DNA of 64,000 bases from positions 190,712,001 through 190,776,000 of the forward strand of contig NC_042997.1 in assembly GCF_006345805.1 (NCBI RefSeq), in the 5' to 3' direction. The position numbers and the translations under genes are program-made. The notes below the pieces were generated by a model, which was not told where the DNA came from, searched no databases, and saw only the letters and a program-made list of their open reading frames with translations. This DNA comes from Octopus sinensis (taxonomy: Eukaryota). Shown here piece after piece: positions 52,410-64,000 of this stretch (positions within the stretch are counted from its first letter, which is position 1; each line of letters begins with the position of its first letter).

Positions 52410-54950
52410 TCGGCTTGTGACCGACTAAGACCACTGTCTAGACGCATTTCACTTTGACAAATATCTCAAGCTTGGTCTCCTCATTACTGATGATATCTCA
52501 TATGGGTCCTACCGCCTGCAAGGAACTTACGAGTCATTCCACAATGACCACAAGTCAGTCTCACCAACAACAGTCCGACCATCTGGATATTAGGACCTAT
52601 AATGCCGAGTGAGTCCACTGACCGACCCACACACTCTGCTACTCAAGATGCATGACTGATCCAGTTGGCTATCACATTGCTGGACGCGGGCGCCTCCATG
52701 ACCACGCTTTTGGTTTTTGGATCAGTAGGTCAGCCTTTGTGAAACAGACACAGCCACACTGGTCGCACGAAATACATTATTCCGTGCCCTTCTCAGGGAG
52801 AAGGTTTACGTCCTCCTCATATTTACCAGTAAGTTTCAATTCAGTGCATGCAGTCCTGTTATTCTCCAATTCTTTATCACAAGTAGCTATTAGATACCTC
52901 TACAATACCCTATCTGATGCAAGGTCTTCTCCATGTTAGTATCAATACTGACATTTTAAGTGTGACTTTAAGACTCACTTCTTTGAAAGTGTTGCATGGC
53001 TCGCACTGGGAACGTTTTCTTGCTCATCTCACTATACACTGTTTTTAGCTAGTGGATATCGTCTATACAAACAAGATGACCATCTAAGTTGGTGCTTTAT
53101 AATCAAGGACTCGATATTCGGGTTTTTTGCCCACTCCATTACTCTTGTATCAGATATATGAGGTCACCATGTCATCTTCAGGATATTACAACAGCATCGC
53201 GGATAGAATCGTTCGAGATGTTGGATTTACATGCAGCACGTCGTCCAGACCTTATAGCAATACAACAGCGCTGGTGAGACACGTACTTGATAGACTTCAA
53301 CTTTCGTTGCTGTTTTGATGTCCGATTATCCAGAACCTTGATTCAAGCTTTTAAAATGCATTACAGGCCTTAGAAGGTTGACAGGTGACATCCTCGTCAA
53401 GTGTATTAAATATAGATAGTGTGCTACCAAGGTAAACAAACATGTTCTCGACATTGATAGTAGGATATATGGTTTGTGTGGTGCTGGTAATAGCATGACT
53501 ACGGTCTTCATAAGACTGATTGTAAGTCCAAACTAGTCACATGCGGCTGAAAAGCAATTGGTTAGGAGCTGAAGGTCTTACCTAGTTTGGGTTACAAGAT
53601 CGCAGTCATTAGTGTAAAGGAGATCATGAATGAGAGACATAAAAAGTTAATGTGTCTGCAGTAAAACGAGGGATGTTGAAAAGCTTTTCTGTTGTACGGT
53701 AACGGATGTAGATACCAGGATCGCTATGCGCGAAGGCTTGCAAAATAACAATCGCCAAGAAGATGGTGAACAATTTAGCAGCTAGATCACCCTGTTCAAC
53801 ACCAGATTCTACTGGTATGGGTTCAAGTAGTTCACCGTTAACACAAACCTATGTTTTTGTGTGGTCACGAAGAGACTGAATGTGAACTTTTCCGGGCACC
53901 CCAGCTTCAGGTCATCTCCAAAGGGTCGGCCTATGTGCGATGTCAAATGCCTTGGTAAGATAGACGAAACACTGATACAAACTCTGTTGTTGTTCCCTGA
54001 ACATCTCTTGAATTTGTCGACCTGTAACGATCTTATCAGTTATACCTAGATTAGGTCGAAACCCACCTTGCGACTCAGGAATAATGTCTAGTGCAACATA
54101 GTACAGCAACCGATGAAGAAGTATCCTGAATAAACATTTTGCGAACAACTGACAACTAGGAGATCCCACAGTAATCACATATGTTTTTGTGTCCTTTCTT
54201 ACACAAAGAAACAAGAATAGCATATCTCTGCTACTGTGGGGGGTTCGCCTCTCATCCACACTGTGTGAAATATGGTAGATAACATCCTCCTGTATCTGAA
54301 TCACCACTACTATCATTTCCAGGAGCTTTCTAAGTATTCGTCACTTTTACAACTACCGTTATTTCATTGTTAGTTAGTAGATAATTGGTAGGTCATCAAA
54401 CTGGTGGATCACAGGTGCCTGTGCAAGCAGCCCTTCGATTACAACAGAACTTTCTACGGCCTCACGGTTTAAGAAATCGCTAAAGTGCTGCCGCTTTGGT
54501 TTCATTCGCTTGCGCAGTTGCGCACTAACAGTTTTTGCTCACAGACGTGCAAAGTTGGAGGATGGTGGCCCATAGACTGCAGCCGATGGTACAGAGATTT
54601 TGAATCTTGTATCTCTGACGTTGTGTGAATTTATAACCACAACGCGTCTTTTGCTGCTTGCAACTCTCGCAGGACCTTAGCTTTGCACCCTTGATAATCT
54701 TTCTCAAACTTACCAAGTTTACGTCTCGGCATAAACCAATAGAGTAATTTGTCAAGTACCACTTCTTTTTCTTCCAACAACGTTGTCACAGAACCTATTT
54801 TTTCAAAGAGAGCCTGGTGTTTTCTTCCAATAAATCCCAACGTAACTGAAGCAGTAACTGTATCGAAGTTATCCAAGACAAATTCCCTACATACAAAAGC
54901 AGTAGGGAGCTGTGGATGAGCGGATCCTGGCAAGTCTAAAAGAGTACGTA
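52410..54950 (-). mobile_element. Decayed RTE (BovB-like) LINE
   Basis: IIPESQGGFRP..RQIQE..LTKAFDI..LW; KLFTIFLA; IHDLLYTNDCDL..FGLTISLMKTVVM. 3' hairpin gtcggtcacaagccgac. Confidence 0.82.
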
Positions 54951-55362
54951 TATTCCAGCTTGCGATTTTAAGATTTTATCATACATACATAAAAATCACC
55001 GGGATATACGTACGTACGCCAAATATAAGCGAAAACTAAGTTATTGATGTTGTTGTTGTTGTTTATTTTTTGTTTGCTTTTTTGTTGAATACACCTGTTA
55101 TTTAAATCCTCTCATTATTGAATAGTTATCTACTATTTAATTCAAACGTAAACGAACGGGGCCTTTGAAAGATCGAATTATATCTATTGATATTATGATA
55201 GATAAGAATGGAAACAATCAAAGGGAACGGTAGATAAGTAAATGCGCAACATGTAACAAGAGCATCTTTAAATGATTATTCCGGAGTATATTCATCATCT
55301 ACTTCAATTTCTCCTTCCCATAAATTCTTAATTGTTTGAATTATTTGTGATTTTATTGAAAA

Positions 55363-55746
55363 CTAGCAGTATCGCCCGGCGTTGCTCGGGTTTGTAAGGG
55401 AAATAACTATAAAGCATTTTTAGAGAGTTATAGCCAAAAAATAGCAAAAAATAGAAAAAAAATGATGGTAAATTTTTTTTTGAGAGTAAAAAAAGGTTGA
55501 GTTGCGTCCCCTAGACAGTCTGTGGTTTATTTTTTTGATTCTCGACCCATGTCGAATTTATCGATTTTTTTCAGAACTGGGGGAACTTTTCAAAATTTTC
55601 GCTTCGTTAGTTTTGAATTATGACATTGGGCTATGTGTGTGTCAAGTTTCATCAGAATCGGTTGAAAGCCGTGGTCAGAGTGAGGGTACGAGAAAACAGA
55701 CACACAGAAACACGCACAGACAAACTGCCGTTTATATAGAGAGAGA
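55363..55746 (-). mobile_element. Non-autonomous Helitron-like element
   Basis: Minus strand a|tctctctctatataaacggcagttt ... cccgagcaacgccgggcgatactgctag|t: 5' TC, 3' hairpin + CTAG, A|T target. Confidence 0.8.
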
Positions 55747-56304
55747 TAAGAATGGAAAATTTGAAGAACGAAATATTCAGCAAAATGTTTAAGTTTTCAC
55801 TTATGTCTTTGATATCGTATACCCATAGTACATTTTTATTATGATTATTATTATTATTATTATTGCTACTATCAAAGTGACTAGCTGGCAGCATCATTAG
55901 TGTGTCGGACAAAATGCTGCGCACCATTTTTACCAGTCTTTTGCGTTCTGAGATCAAAATTTGCTTCATCATTATGCACTACAGGTTAATCTCAGATCGA
56001 TCTCCAGAATCGATCTCTGCATCTGATATCATTGTTACGTGTAATTGCCCATCTTTTGGGTTCGTGCATAATTATTGTGGCTTTTTTTCCACAAATTCAC
56101 TCAACAAAAACAATAAAAATATTTCACAAAACCATCATCTTTAAATGACTGTCTGACAGTCTACCAAGCAAATGGGAAGGAGTAATAGAAGTAGATGATG
56201 AATATACTCCGGAATAATCATTTAAAGATGTTTTTGTTACATGTTGTTATTGTTTTTGTTGAATAAAATTTGTTCAAACAAAAAGCCGCAATAATTACGC
56301 ACCA

Positions 56305-56458
56305 ACCCGATAGTTCCTGAAACAGTTTCTTCTGATTTGCTTCAAACAATCTGTTTTGCCCAAATTGTTTTGTTCTATTGTTATATCGTTCCAGTTTTGC
56401 TTTGATTGCTACTACTCTTTGTTTCAATGCTTCCAATATCACATCATAACCATTAGCT
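56305..56458 (-). mobile_element. R4/Dong-type LINE internal (pre-RT) fragment
   Basis: LEALKQRVVAIKAKLERYNNRTKQFGQNRLFEANQKKLFQEL. Preceded in sense by (TAA)n. Confidence 0.7.
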
Positions 56459-56478
56459 ATTATTATTATTATTATTAT

Positions 56479-56516
<38 letters not shown>

Positions 56517-56517
56517 T

Positions 56518-56968
56518 GTTTTTCCTTCTTTCTTCAAATTTTCTTCCGTTTCTCGCCGAGTGTTTTCCACACACCTAGGGCAGAGAAGTTCATTGCATGC
56601 ATTCCCAGATTACACACGCAAATTCATAGATAAAATATGTATTTAAAAATTAATAAATAAATAAATTCATGGATGGATGTTGTTTTCACAGCGATAATGC
56701 TCTTCTCAGTACATGAGCCGTTCCAGTTAATACGATTTTTTGGACTTCCTGTAGGGACGGTAAGCCTGGAATCATTTTCAAATAGGTTTCAGTACCTTTT
56801 TTTTATCATTCCTAGAGATCCTACAATCGCTGGTACTGTAGTCGCCTTGAGATGCCACATTTTTTTTCAATTTCTATTAGCAGGTCTTTATATTTACTAA
56901 TCTTGTCAAATTCTTTCGCCGCTATATTGTGATCGCAAGGGATACTCATGTCAATTAATAAACACATC

Positions 56969-56972
<4 letters not shown>
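56518..56972 (-). mobile_element. 5'-truncated R4/Dong-type LINE (RLE C-terminus + 3' UTR)
   Basis: CLLIDMSIPCDHNIAAKEFDKISKYKDLLIEIEK..MWHLKATTVPAIVGSLGMIKK..LQEVQKIVLTGTAHVLRRALSL*. Flanked in sense by (TAA)n and (CTA)n(TAA)n. Confidence 0.85.
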
Positions 56973-57019
<47 letters not shown>

Positions 57020-57164
57020 TATTATTATCATTATTTTGCATTAGCAAAAAAGTTAATCGAAGCACCTACTATACTGCACATGTGTACTCTTGTCGCATGC
57101 GTATCTAGCATGCAGGATGCTATCTCAGCCTTATTGTACACACACGCGCGCGCGCACACACACA

Positions 57165-57195
<31 letters not shown>

Positions 57196-57915
57196 CATTG
57201 AATGTGATACCTCTGTGTAGCATTCGATTAAAGTACACGAAAGAAAAACCTTCTTCTGGCGTTTATCTGATAGATCTTGTCATTCTGAGTAATAAAAATT
57301 GAAATACCGACTCTAAACACTTGAAATGACGCCTTTTAACATTAAGACAGAAGTAATCTTAACTACACTTAAACGACATTTCTAAATTATATCTCTGTTC
57401 CTGGAGATAAAAGGTTGAAAACGTACATGAATGCTTTCTTTTCTTCTTTTTCTTTCGGTTTTTTTTTTGTATTTTTCTTCTTCCTTTTTTTTTTTTACAA
57501 AAATTTAAAATCAATTCATGCTAAATCATTACAAATGCGATTAGAAACTTTTCTTATTATATTTTTCTTCTTTTTCCGATTTTCTTTAATCAAAACTCAC
57601 TGATTAATGGTTTTTAACGTTGCAGTTGTTATAGTTTTAATTAACAGCATTTTTCCTTCATTTGCCGTTCTATTATGTTAGAATTATTTCCACAAAAAGA
57701 AAACAGAAGATGATTAATTGCTCAAGGAATAAATTCAATAGTTGTTTCAATGTGTTACACAATTGAGCTAAGATTTAAACAAAATTTACTGCAGTGAAAT
57801 TTTTACTTATATGTAAATAAATAGATAAATAATATTTGCGAATTCTTCCGCCCGTTTTCTAGCTTTCAATTTTCTGCTAACGCTAATAATGCTAACATCG
57901 AACATATTACTATAA

Positions 57916-58204
57916 CGATAAACGTCGTCCTTTTAAGCCTAGCCAGGCTCATGGGCCCTGTTGCTGTGGCATATGTGTTCCCCCCAGCTGGACGGGATAC
58001 CAGCCCATCGCAGCGTTACTCAAGAAACAGGAAGAAAGTGAGAGAAAGTTGAGGCGAAAGAGTACAACATGGGTCGACACCACCCCCTGCCGGAGCGTCG
58101 TGGATCTTTAAGGTGTTTTCGCTTAGCAATGCCCGGTCTGGGAATCGAAACCGCGATCCTCCGACCGCGAGTCCGCTACCCTAACCACTGGGCCATTGCG
58201 CCTT
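57916..58204 (-). mobile_element. Hybrid D/C SINE with 13-bp TSD
   Basis: Same mosaic as 22330-22639. TSD catattactataa at 57903-57915 and 58205-58217. Confidence 0.85.
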
Positions 58205-58447
58205 CATATTACTATAAGGTATAAGTAAAGGTAAAGAAACACCTCCTTTACTGCACGTTGGTTTGCTTATATATTTATTTAAGTAGAAACATCTACAGCA
58301 TCCTGGACACACTGAAAGCTCAGAAACAGATGCATATAAATATAAACGTATTCATATACGTAATAAAAACGGACGCCTGGTTTATTATAAGGCAACTATT
58401 ATCCATTTCAAACAATTGGTATTTGTTATATTAAATGTGAATAAATA

Positions 58448-58618
58448 GGCGCAGGAGTGGCTGTGTGGTAAGTAGCTTGCTAACCAACCACATGGTTCCG
58501 GGTTCAGTCCCACTGCGTGACATCTTGGGCAAGTGTCTTCTACTATAGCCCCGGGCTGACCAATGCCTTGTGAGTGGATTTGGTAGACGGAAACTGAAAG
58601 AAGCCTGTTGTATATATG

Positions 58619-58659
<41 letters not shown>

Positions 58660-58868
58660 TTGTGTGTCTGTGTTTGTCCCCCTAGCATTGCTTGACAACC
58701 GATGCTGGTGTGTTTACGTCCCCGTCACTTAGCGGTTCGGCAAAAGAGACCGATAAAATAAGTACTGGGCTTACAAAAATAAGTCCCGGGGTCGATTTGA
58801 TCGACTAAAGGCGGTGCTCCAGCATGGCCGCAGTCAAATGACTGAAACAAGTAAAAGAGTAAAAGAGT
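58448..58868 (+). mobile_element. SINE A, full length
   Basis: ggcgcaggagtggctgtgtggtaag...gaaacaagtaaaagagtaaaagag. Confidence 0.92.
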
Positions 58869-59209
58869 AAAATGCTAATATGAAACATATATATACGTGG
58901 TGAACTCTGCTGCCGTAAACGACTAACGATTGCTCTGCAATCTACACAAACGATTTGTTTAATTGCAATGTTATTACCAGTTCAAATATACTTCTGGCAC
59001 GTTTGGACTCATAAACAAGCTATTCACTATTTTGTTATGGAGAAAAGTTCTCGCTGTAGACAAATGGTGCAAGTACACCTAAATCAGGTGTTTAATGGTC
59101 ATCAAACATTTGTCTTGTATATTAGCACCCTCCCATCATCAAATTGACATTTATAAAACCTTGAAGCAAGCTCACAGTAGGCCACATGTCAAAAGTCGAA
59201 GTGATCACA

Positions 59210-60406
59210 TTTGGTGTTTATGGCGCATATTCTTAAAATTCATCCGAATTTGCATGAGGACAAAATTACAGACCGTATCCCGAAATTATGGTTTGCCCAT
59301 TACAATTTCCGTAAGCACAAAATCCCATAACTCGTAGTAACCGTAACGGTGTGGTACATATATATATTCTTTTATTCTTTTACTTGTTTCAGTATTTTGA
59401 CTGGGGCCATGCTGGAGCACTGCCTTTTAGTCGAAGAGATCGACCGTTGAACTTATTCTTTGTAAGCCTGGTACGTATTCTATCGGTTTTTTTTTCTGCC
59501 GAACCGCTAAGTTACGGAGACGTAAACACACGTGAAATGAAGTGTTTTCCTCAAGACAACAATGCATCGCATGTTCTGGTTGTCGATGCCACGATCTGGT
59601 GAGCGTAAGTGCAAGGTTTACGTAATTTAATAACGTAAAATAATATATAAAAGGAAGAGTGTATCAGCACAGCATAGATCTATAGACCCACTCTGTCATC
59701 ACTACGGTGCTGACATGTAACTAATCAGTCATCTGCTCAGAACTAAATTAGTGTAATTGAAGATTAACTAAGAATTTCGCTATTCAGATTATCTTGCCGC
59801 TCGTATATGTTCAACAATCAAGTATTTGACAAAGCCTTCAGTACCATTGGCGTCAGAACAAAATATTAAAGTCCTGGAAAGCTGGAGTAGAGTTAAGTAG
59901 CTTGCTTACGAACTACATGGTTCCGGGTTCAGTCCCCTTGGGCAAGTGTCTTCTACTATAGCCTGGGGCCAACCAAAGCCTTGTGAGTTAATTTGGTAGA
60001 CGGAAACTGAAAGAAGCCTGTCATATATATGTATATATATGAATGTGTGTGTGTGTGTTTCCCCACATCACTTGACAACCGATGTTGGTGTGTTTACGTC
60101 TCCGTAACTTAGCGGTTCGGCAAAAGAGACCGATAGAATAAGTACCAGGCTTACAAAGAATAAGTTCAACGGTCGATCTCTTCGACTAAAAGGCAGTGCT
60201 CCAGCATGGCCCCAGTCAAAAGACGGAAACAAGTAAAAGAATAAAAGAATATATATATGTACCACACCGTTACGGTTACTACGAGTTATGGGATTTTGTG
60301 CTTACGGAAATTGTAATGGACAACCCATAATTTCGGGATACGGTCTGTAATTTTGTCCTCATGCAAATTCGGATGAATTTTAAGAGTATGCGCCATAAAC
60401 ACCAAA
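59210..60406. repeat. Long inverted duplication: arms 59210-59531 and 60088-60406
   Basis: ~320-bp arms, each with ~155 bp of unique DNA plus a SINE A 3' half. Only a handful of mismatches by eye. Confidence 0.88.
59895..60248 (+). mobile_element. SINE A (5' clipped); its 3' half is part of the inverted duplication
   Basis: ggttccgggttcagtcccc..ttgggcaagtgtctt..gaaacaagtaaaagaataaaag. Confidence 0.85.
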
Positions 60407-60644
60407 CAATTTTGAGTGAGATAGTGTCCTTCGAGATCACAATAATTTTGAAACTGCTATCTCCACCCCCACACGGTAATGAACGTCTTTTATGTAAGAG
60501 CTTACTTAATTACGATATTACTTAAATCATATATTCCTCACAGAGATATTAGCCTCTTTATGGTAAGATTATATCCCATAGCGATATTATGATTCTTATT
60601 TACTCCCTTGCGCATCTTTCTTCATATATCTTTATGTATAACGT

Positions 60645-60988
60645 CGCCCTTTTCAAGCCTAGCCCGTCTCATGGGCCCCGTTTCCCGGTTTCTATGGCGG
60701 ATGTGTTCCCACCAGCTGAACGGGACGCCAGTCCATCACAGATGCGCCCTTTTAAAGCCTAGCCAGGCTCATGGGCCCGGTTTCCCGATTTCTATGGCGT
60801 ATGTATTCCCCAGCTGGACGGGACGACAGTCCATCGCAGCGTTACTCACTTTTGCCAGCTGAGTAGACTGGAGCAACGTGAAATGAAGTGTTTTGCTCAA
60901 GACCACAACGCGTCGCCCGGTCCAGGAATCGAAACCACAATCTTACGATCATGGTGCTGACACCCTAACCACTAAGCCACGCGCCTCC
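60645..60988 (-). mobile_element. SINE C with tandemly duplicated 3' ~98 bp and 14-bp TSD
   Basis: gccctttt.aagcctagcc..ctcatgggccc..ccagtccatc occurs twice. TSD tatctttatgtata at 60627-60640 and 60991-61004. Confidence 0.87.
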
Positions 60989-61189
60989 ACTATCTTTATG
61001 TATATGTATTGGAAATTGTTATTTACATGCATAAAAGTGGTCGTGTTGTTTGAATTTTATTTTTTCTGAAAATGATCCATCGGAACGCTTTCTCAGTTTG
61101 ACATGAAAATCAATGTGAAAACTAAATTTTCGTTACCCTAAAACGCTAAAACGCTAAATTTGTCCTTTCTCCCACTACGCGGGTATTAC

Positions 61190-61263
61190 TCTGTGTGTGG
61201 TGTGTGTGTGTGGTGTGTGTGTGGTGTGTGTGTGTGGTGTGTGTGTGTGTGTGTGTGGTGTGG

Positions 61264-61294
<31 letters not shown>

Positions 61295-61315
61295 TGTGTG
61301 TGTGTGTGTGTGTTT
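61190..61315. repeat. (TG)n/(TGG) compound microsatellite
   Basis: Seen directly. Confidence 0.95.
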
Positions 61316-61854
61316 GTATGAATGGGTACGTGTGCGTGTGTCTGCATGCTCAGAGGAGCAAGTTGGAGGAAATAGCACTCGAATATGAAGGGTAGAGTAA
61401 AATAGTGTTCTGTTTAAATTGAAAAATTTCACAAACTACAAAGAATATTACGTTAACGATCATCAGACAGAACTGAACTTATTAAATAATAGAATATCTT
61501 ATAAATGCTTATAAATTGTGCGGTGGTAATTATTTAGTATCACATCAAAACGAACATTTAAAGCTGAATGAACAGAGACATCACTTATCTAAATTACTGG
61601 AATATATTGGTTAAAAACGATTGACTGTTGACGAATGATAATCTAAACGTTATTAACTACTGGAACTCAAAAACAAAGCGCGAACCGTAATCCACTTATG
61701 CACCTGGTAATAGACATAATCATTACAGCAAAGGAAAGAAAAGTTTTACTTTTTTGATTAAATGTGTAAGTCTCAAAAACAAATGAAGATTAGAAATTTA
61801 GCCGAATGCCAAAGAGTATCTCAAAGCCAAGTAAATAGGTGTGTGTGTGTATCT

Positions 61855-62084
61855 CTCTTTTACTCTTTTACTTGTTTCAGTCATTTGACTGCGGCCATGC
61901 TGGAGCACCGCCTTTAGTCGAGCAAATCGACCCCAGGACTTATTCTTTGTAAGCCTGGTACTTATTCTATCGGTTTCTTTTGCCGAGCCGCTAAGTTACG
62001 GGGACGTAACACACCAGCATCGGCTGTCAAGCGATGTTGGGGGGACGAACACAGACACACTAACATATACACACGCATACATAC

Positions 62085-62095
<11 letters not shown>
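61855..62095 (-). mobile_element. SINE A, 3' half
   Basis: tactcttttacttgtttcagtcatttgactgcggccatgctggagcaccgcc...gaacacagacacac. Confidence 0.88.
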
Positions 62096-62133
<38 letters not shown>

Positions 62134-62809
62134 CAAATGCGTGAGTGCTGTTGTTTTAGCTTCTTTTCTTATCACCCGTGATGCATATTGGACCGTATCT
62201 TTTGGTTGAAATTTTAAATTTTATCCATTTTCTGCAATGATCTTTATTACTGTTTTGTTCTTTCTGTTTGGAAACTGTTCGTCTCTGAAGTAATTTTTTC
62301 TAGGCGTTGTTTCCATATAACAAGAAACTACTGTTGACTTGATGCGTCGAGAAAAAATTAAATATTTTATAACTTTGTACTTCTGAGTATGGAAGATTTC
62401 AAAATGCTCGATAATACCTGTTGCTCTTTCGAATGACAGTGAAGTTGAAGAAGATAGTTGTATGGCTTTGATGTAGTTGTTCTATTCGATATTGTTTTTG
62501 TTCTTTCTTTCGTAGCTACGGTTGTAGTTGTGATTTTGCTGCTATTGTTTCTGTGAAGGCGGTATAGATGGTGATGATGATGGCGAACGTGTGGTAGGCA
62601 GTCTTCGATACTCTTTCCAACATCCTATCAAACCATCTCGATTTCAACTTTCTTTGCCGTTTTTGGTGGTTCTGATGAGCAAAATGAATGTGATAGTGAC
62701 AGATATGGTGGTGATAATGGTAAAAGACGTGCAGACTATCGATTTTGATGATGCAGGAGGTCTTTCTGGTCGATAGGATGATGAGAAGGAAACGATTTGC
62801 CCATTCAAT

Positions 62810-63400
62810 TTCTTTATTAACCATGAGGTTGAGAAAAAGTGGGGACGATACGAGGACAGACAAAACAAACATTGGGGTCAGGGTTGGAATGAGATGAAAC
62901 GTATGAATAGACAAACAATTAAAATATATACAATTAAATGGGAATTAGGGATTTACGAAAAAGGAAGCGGAGGACGCGGTCGACCCCACAAACCACATAC
63001 TGACACAGAAGACTTTGCTTTCTCCTTTTTATATTCTCGTTTAAACAGGTTCTTTCACTCGCAACATACTTGCTATAGACTTCCATCTTTTACGAAACAC
63101 CCTTTGCGACAGGCATTTCTTCTCCTGCCTTATTTTCCGTTTCATGTAGAAAACGAAAAAGTCGATTAGCTCGAGACTGGAGATGAACATTCCTGTTGCA
63201 ATTCCTTTTACTCTCGTCTGCTACACTACCTCTTTCGCCATAGCAACTACCGAGAGAAAACAGGCTCGCTCCTTCCTATTCAGGGAGGTCGGCGGAACAA
63301 TCTTAATTAGATATTCGCTCGACAGTTGTACTCTTCTCGAATGCGAAAGCAGGTGTTCGACATAAGCCCAGAGCTGAGTCACCTTGGGGGCATTGCACAA
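62810..63400 (-). mobile_element. 3' fragment of a second, diverged Tx1-like LINE family
   Basis: IVQCPKVTQLWAYVEHLLS..VAMAKEVV*..RKIRQERR..FRKRW aligns with LWAYVEQLLS..VAMAKECIW..RKVRVERQ..FKKRW of the 28-kb element. The 3' UTR ends AATAAAGAAA. Confidence 0.82.
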
Positions 63401-63810
63401 TCGACGTCACAGTGGTGGAAACATTGGTGATGATGGTGGTGTTGTTCTCTTTATTGGCGCTAGTTATTGTCCCCTAGCCACAATCACCGTCATTGCCACA
63501 GTGTTTACAGGGCCTGAAACTCTTTTTCACTAAAAATAACGAAATACGACTTGTTGTTCGTCTTATTTTTGTTTTTTGGTACTACTAATACTGTAACAAT
63601 TTGATATGTTGCTGTTATTTCTACCTGTGGTGGTGGTGGTGGTGGTGGTATTGGCGGGTGGTAGTAGTTATTTGTGATGTCATTACTGCAAAATTTCTTC
63701 TGAAAATATTTAGACATAATCGTATTTTTCCCTTGACTAGTAAAATTTTCGAAACAAATGACAAGCGACTGTTACCGCGTATCACTGCTACCTCCTTTCT
63801 TTTTCTTTCT

Positions 63811-63811
<1 letters not shown>

Positions 63812-63870
<59 letters not shown>
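63812..63870. repeat. (CT)n microsatellite
   Basis: Seen directly. Confidence 0.95.
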
Positions 63871-63873
<3 letters not shown>

Positions 63874-64000
63874 TGTCTTTAAATTGACATTTTTATATGA
63901 GATGATTGTCTGCTAACAGTAGACAATGTGGAAAATAGCTGTCTTTTCTCTAATTAAGAGAGACACAGAGTTTCAAATCCTCATTTTCCTAAAAATGTTA

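Overview
AT-rich, microsatellite-dense eukaryotic DNA. The SINE families match, from memory, those of octopus genomes, so the taxon is an inference. No host protein-coding gene could be identified with confidence, and almost all ORF-track entries are microsatellite or repeat translations. The dominant feature is a full-length (~6.1 kb) but inactivated L1/Tx1-clade LINE on the minus strand (27792-33873), embedded in a (GATA/GACA)n tract. The window also holds fragments of CR1-type, RTE-type and R4/Dong-type LINEs, a Penelope-like GIY-YIG fragment, two Helitron-like elements and several MITEs. About 40 tRNA-derived SINE copies fall into at least five families, given working labels A-E here (B has two tail variants, B1 and B2). 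Most notable observations: (1) the 3' tail of SINE B2 is homologous to the 3' ends of both Tx1-like LINEs in the window, suggesting a Tx1-driven SINE/LINE pair; (2) B2 repeatedly sits inside its own family at one motif, once with a clean 13-bp TSD; (3) a minimal type I hammerhead ribozyme lies at 27331-27364; (4) a ~320-bp near-perfect inverted duplication lies at 59.2-60.4 kb; (5) Dong-like fragments abut (TAA)n tracts. All alignments were done by eye, and many element boundaries are approximate.
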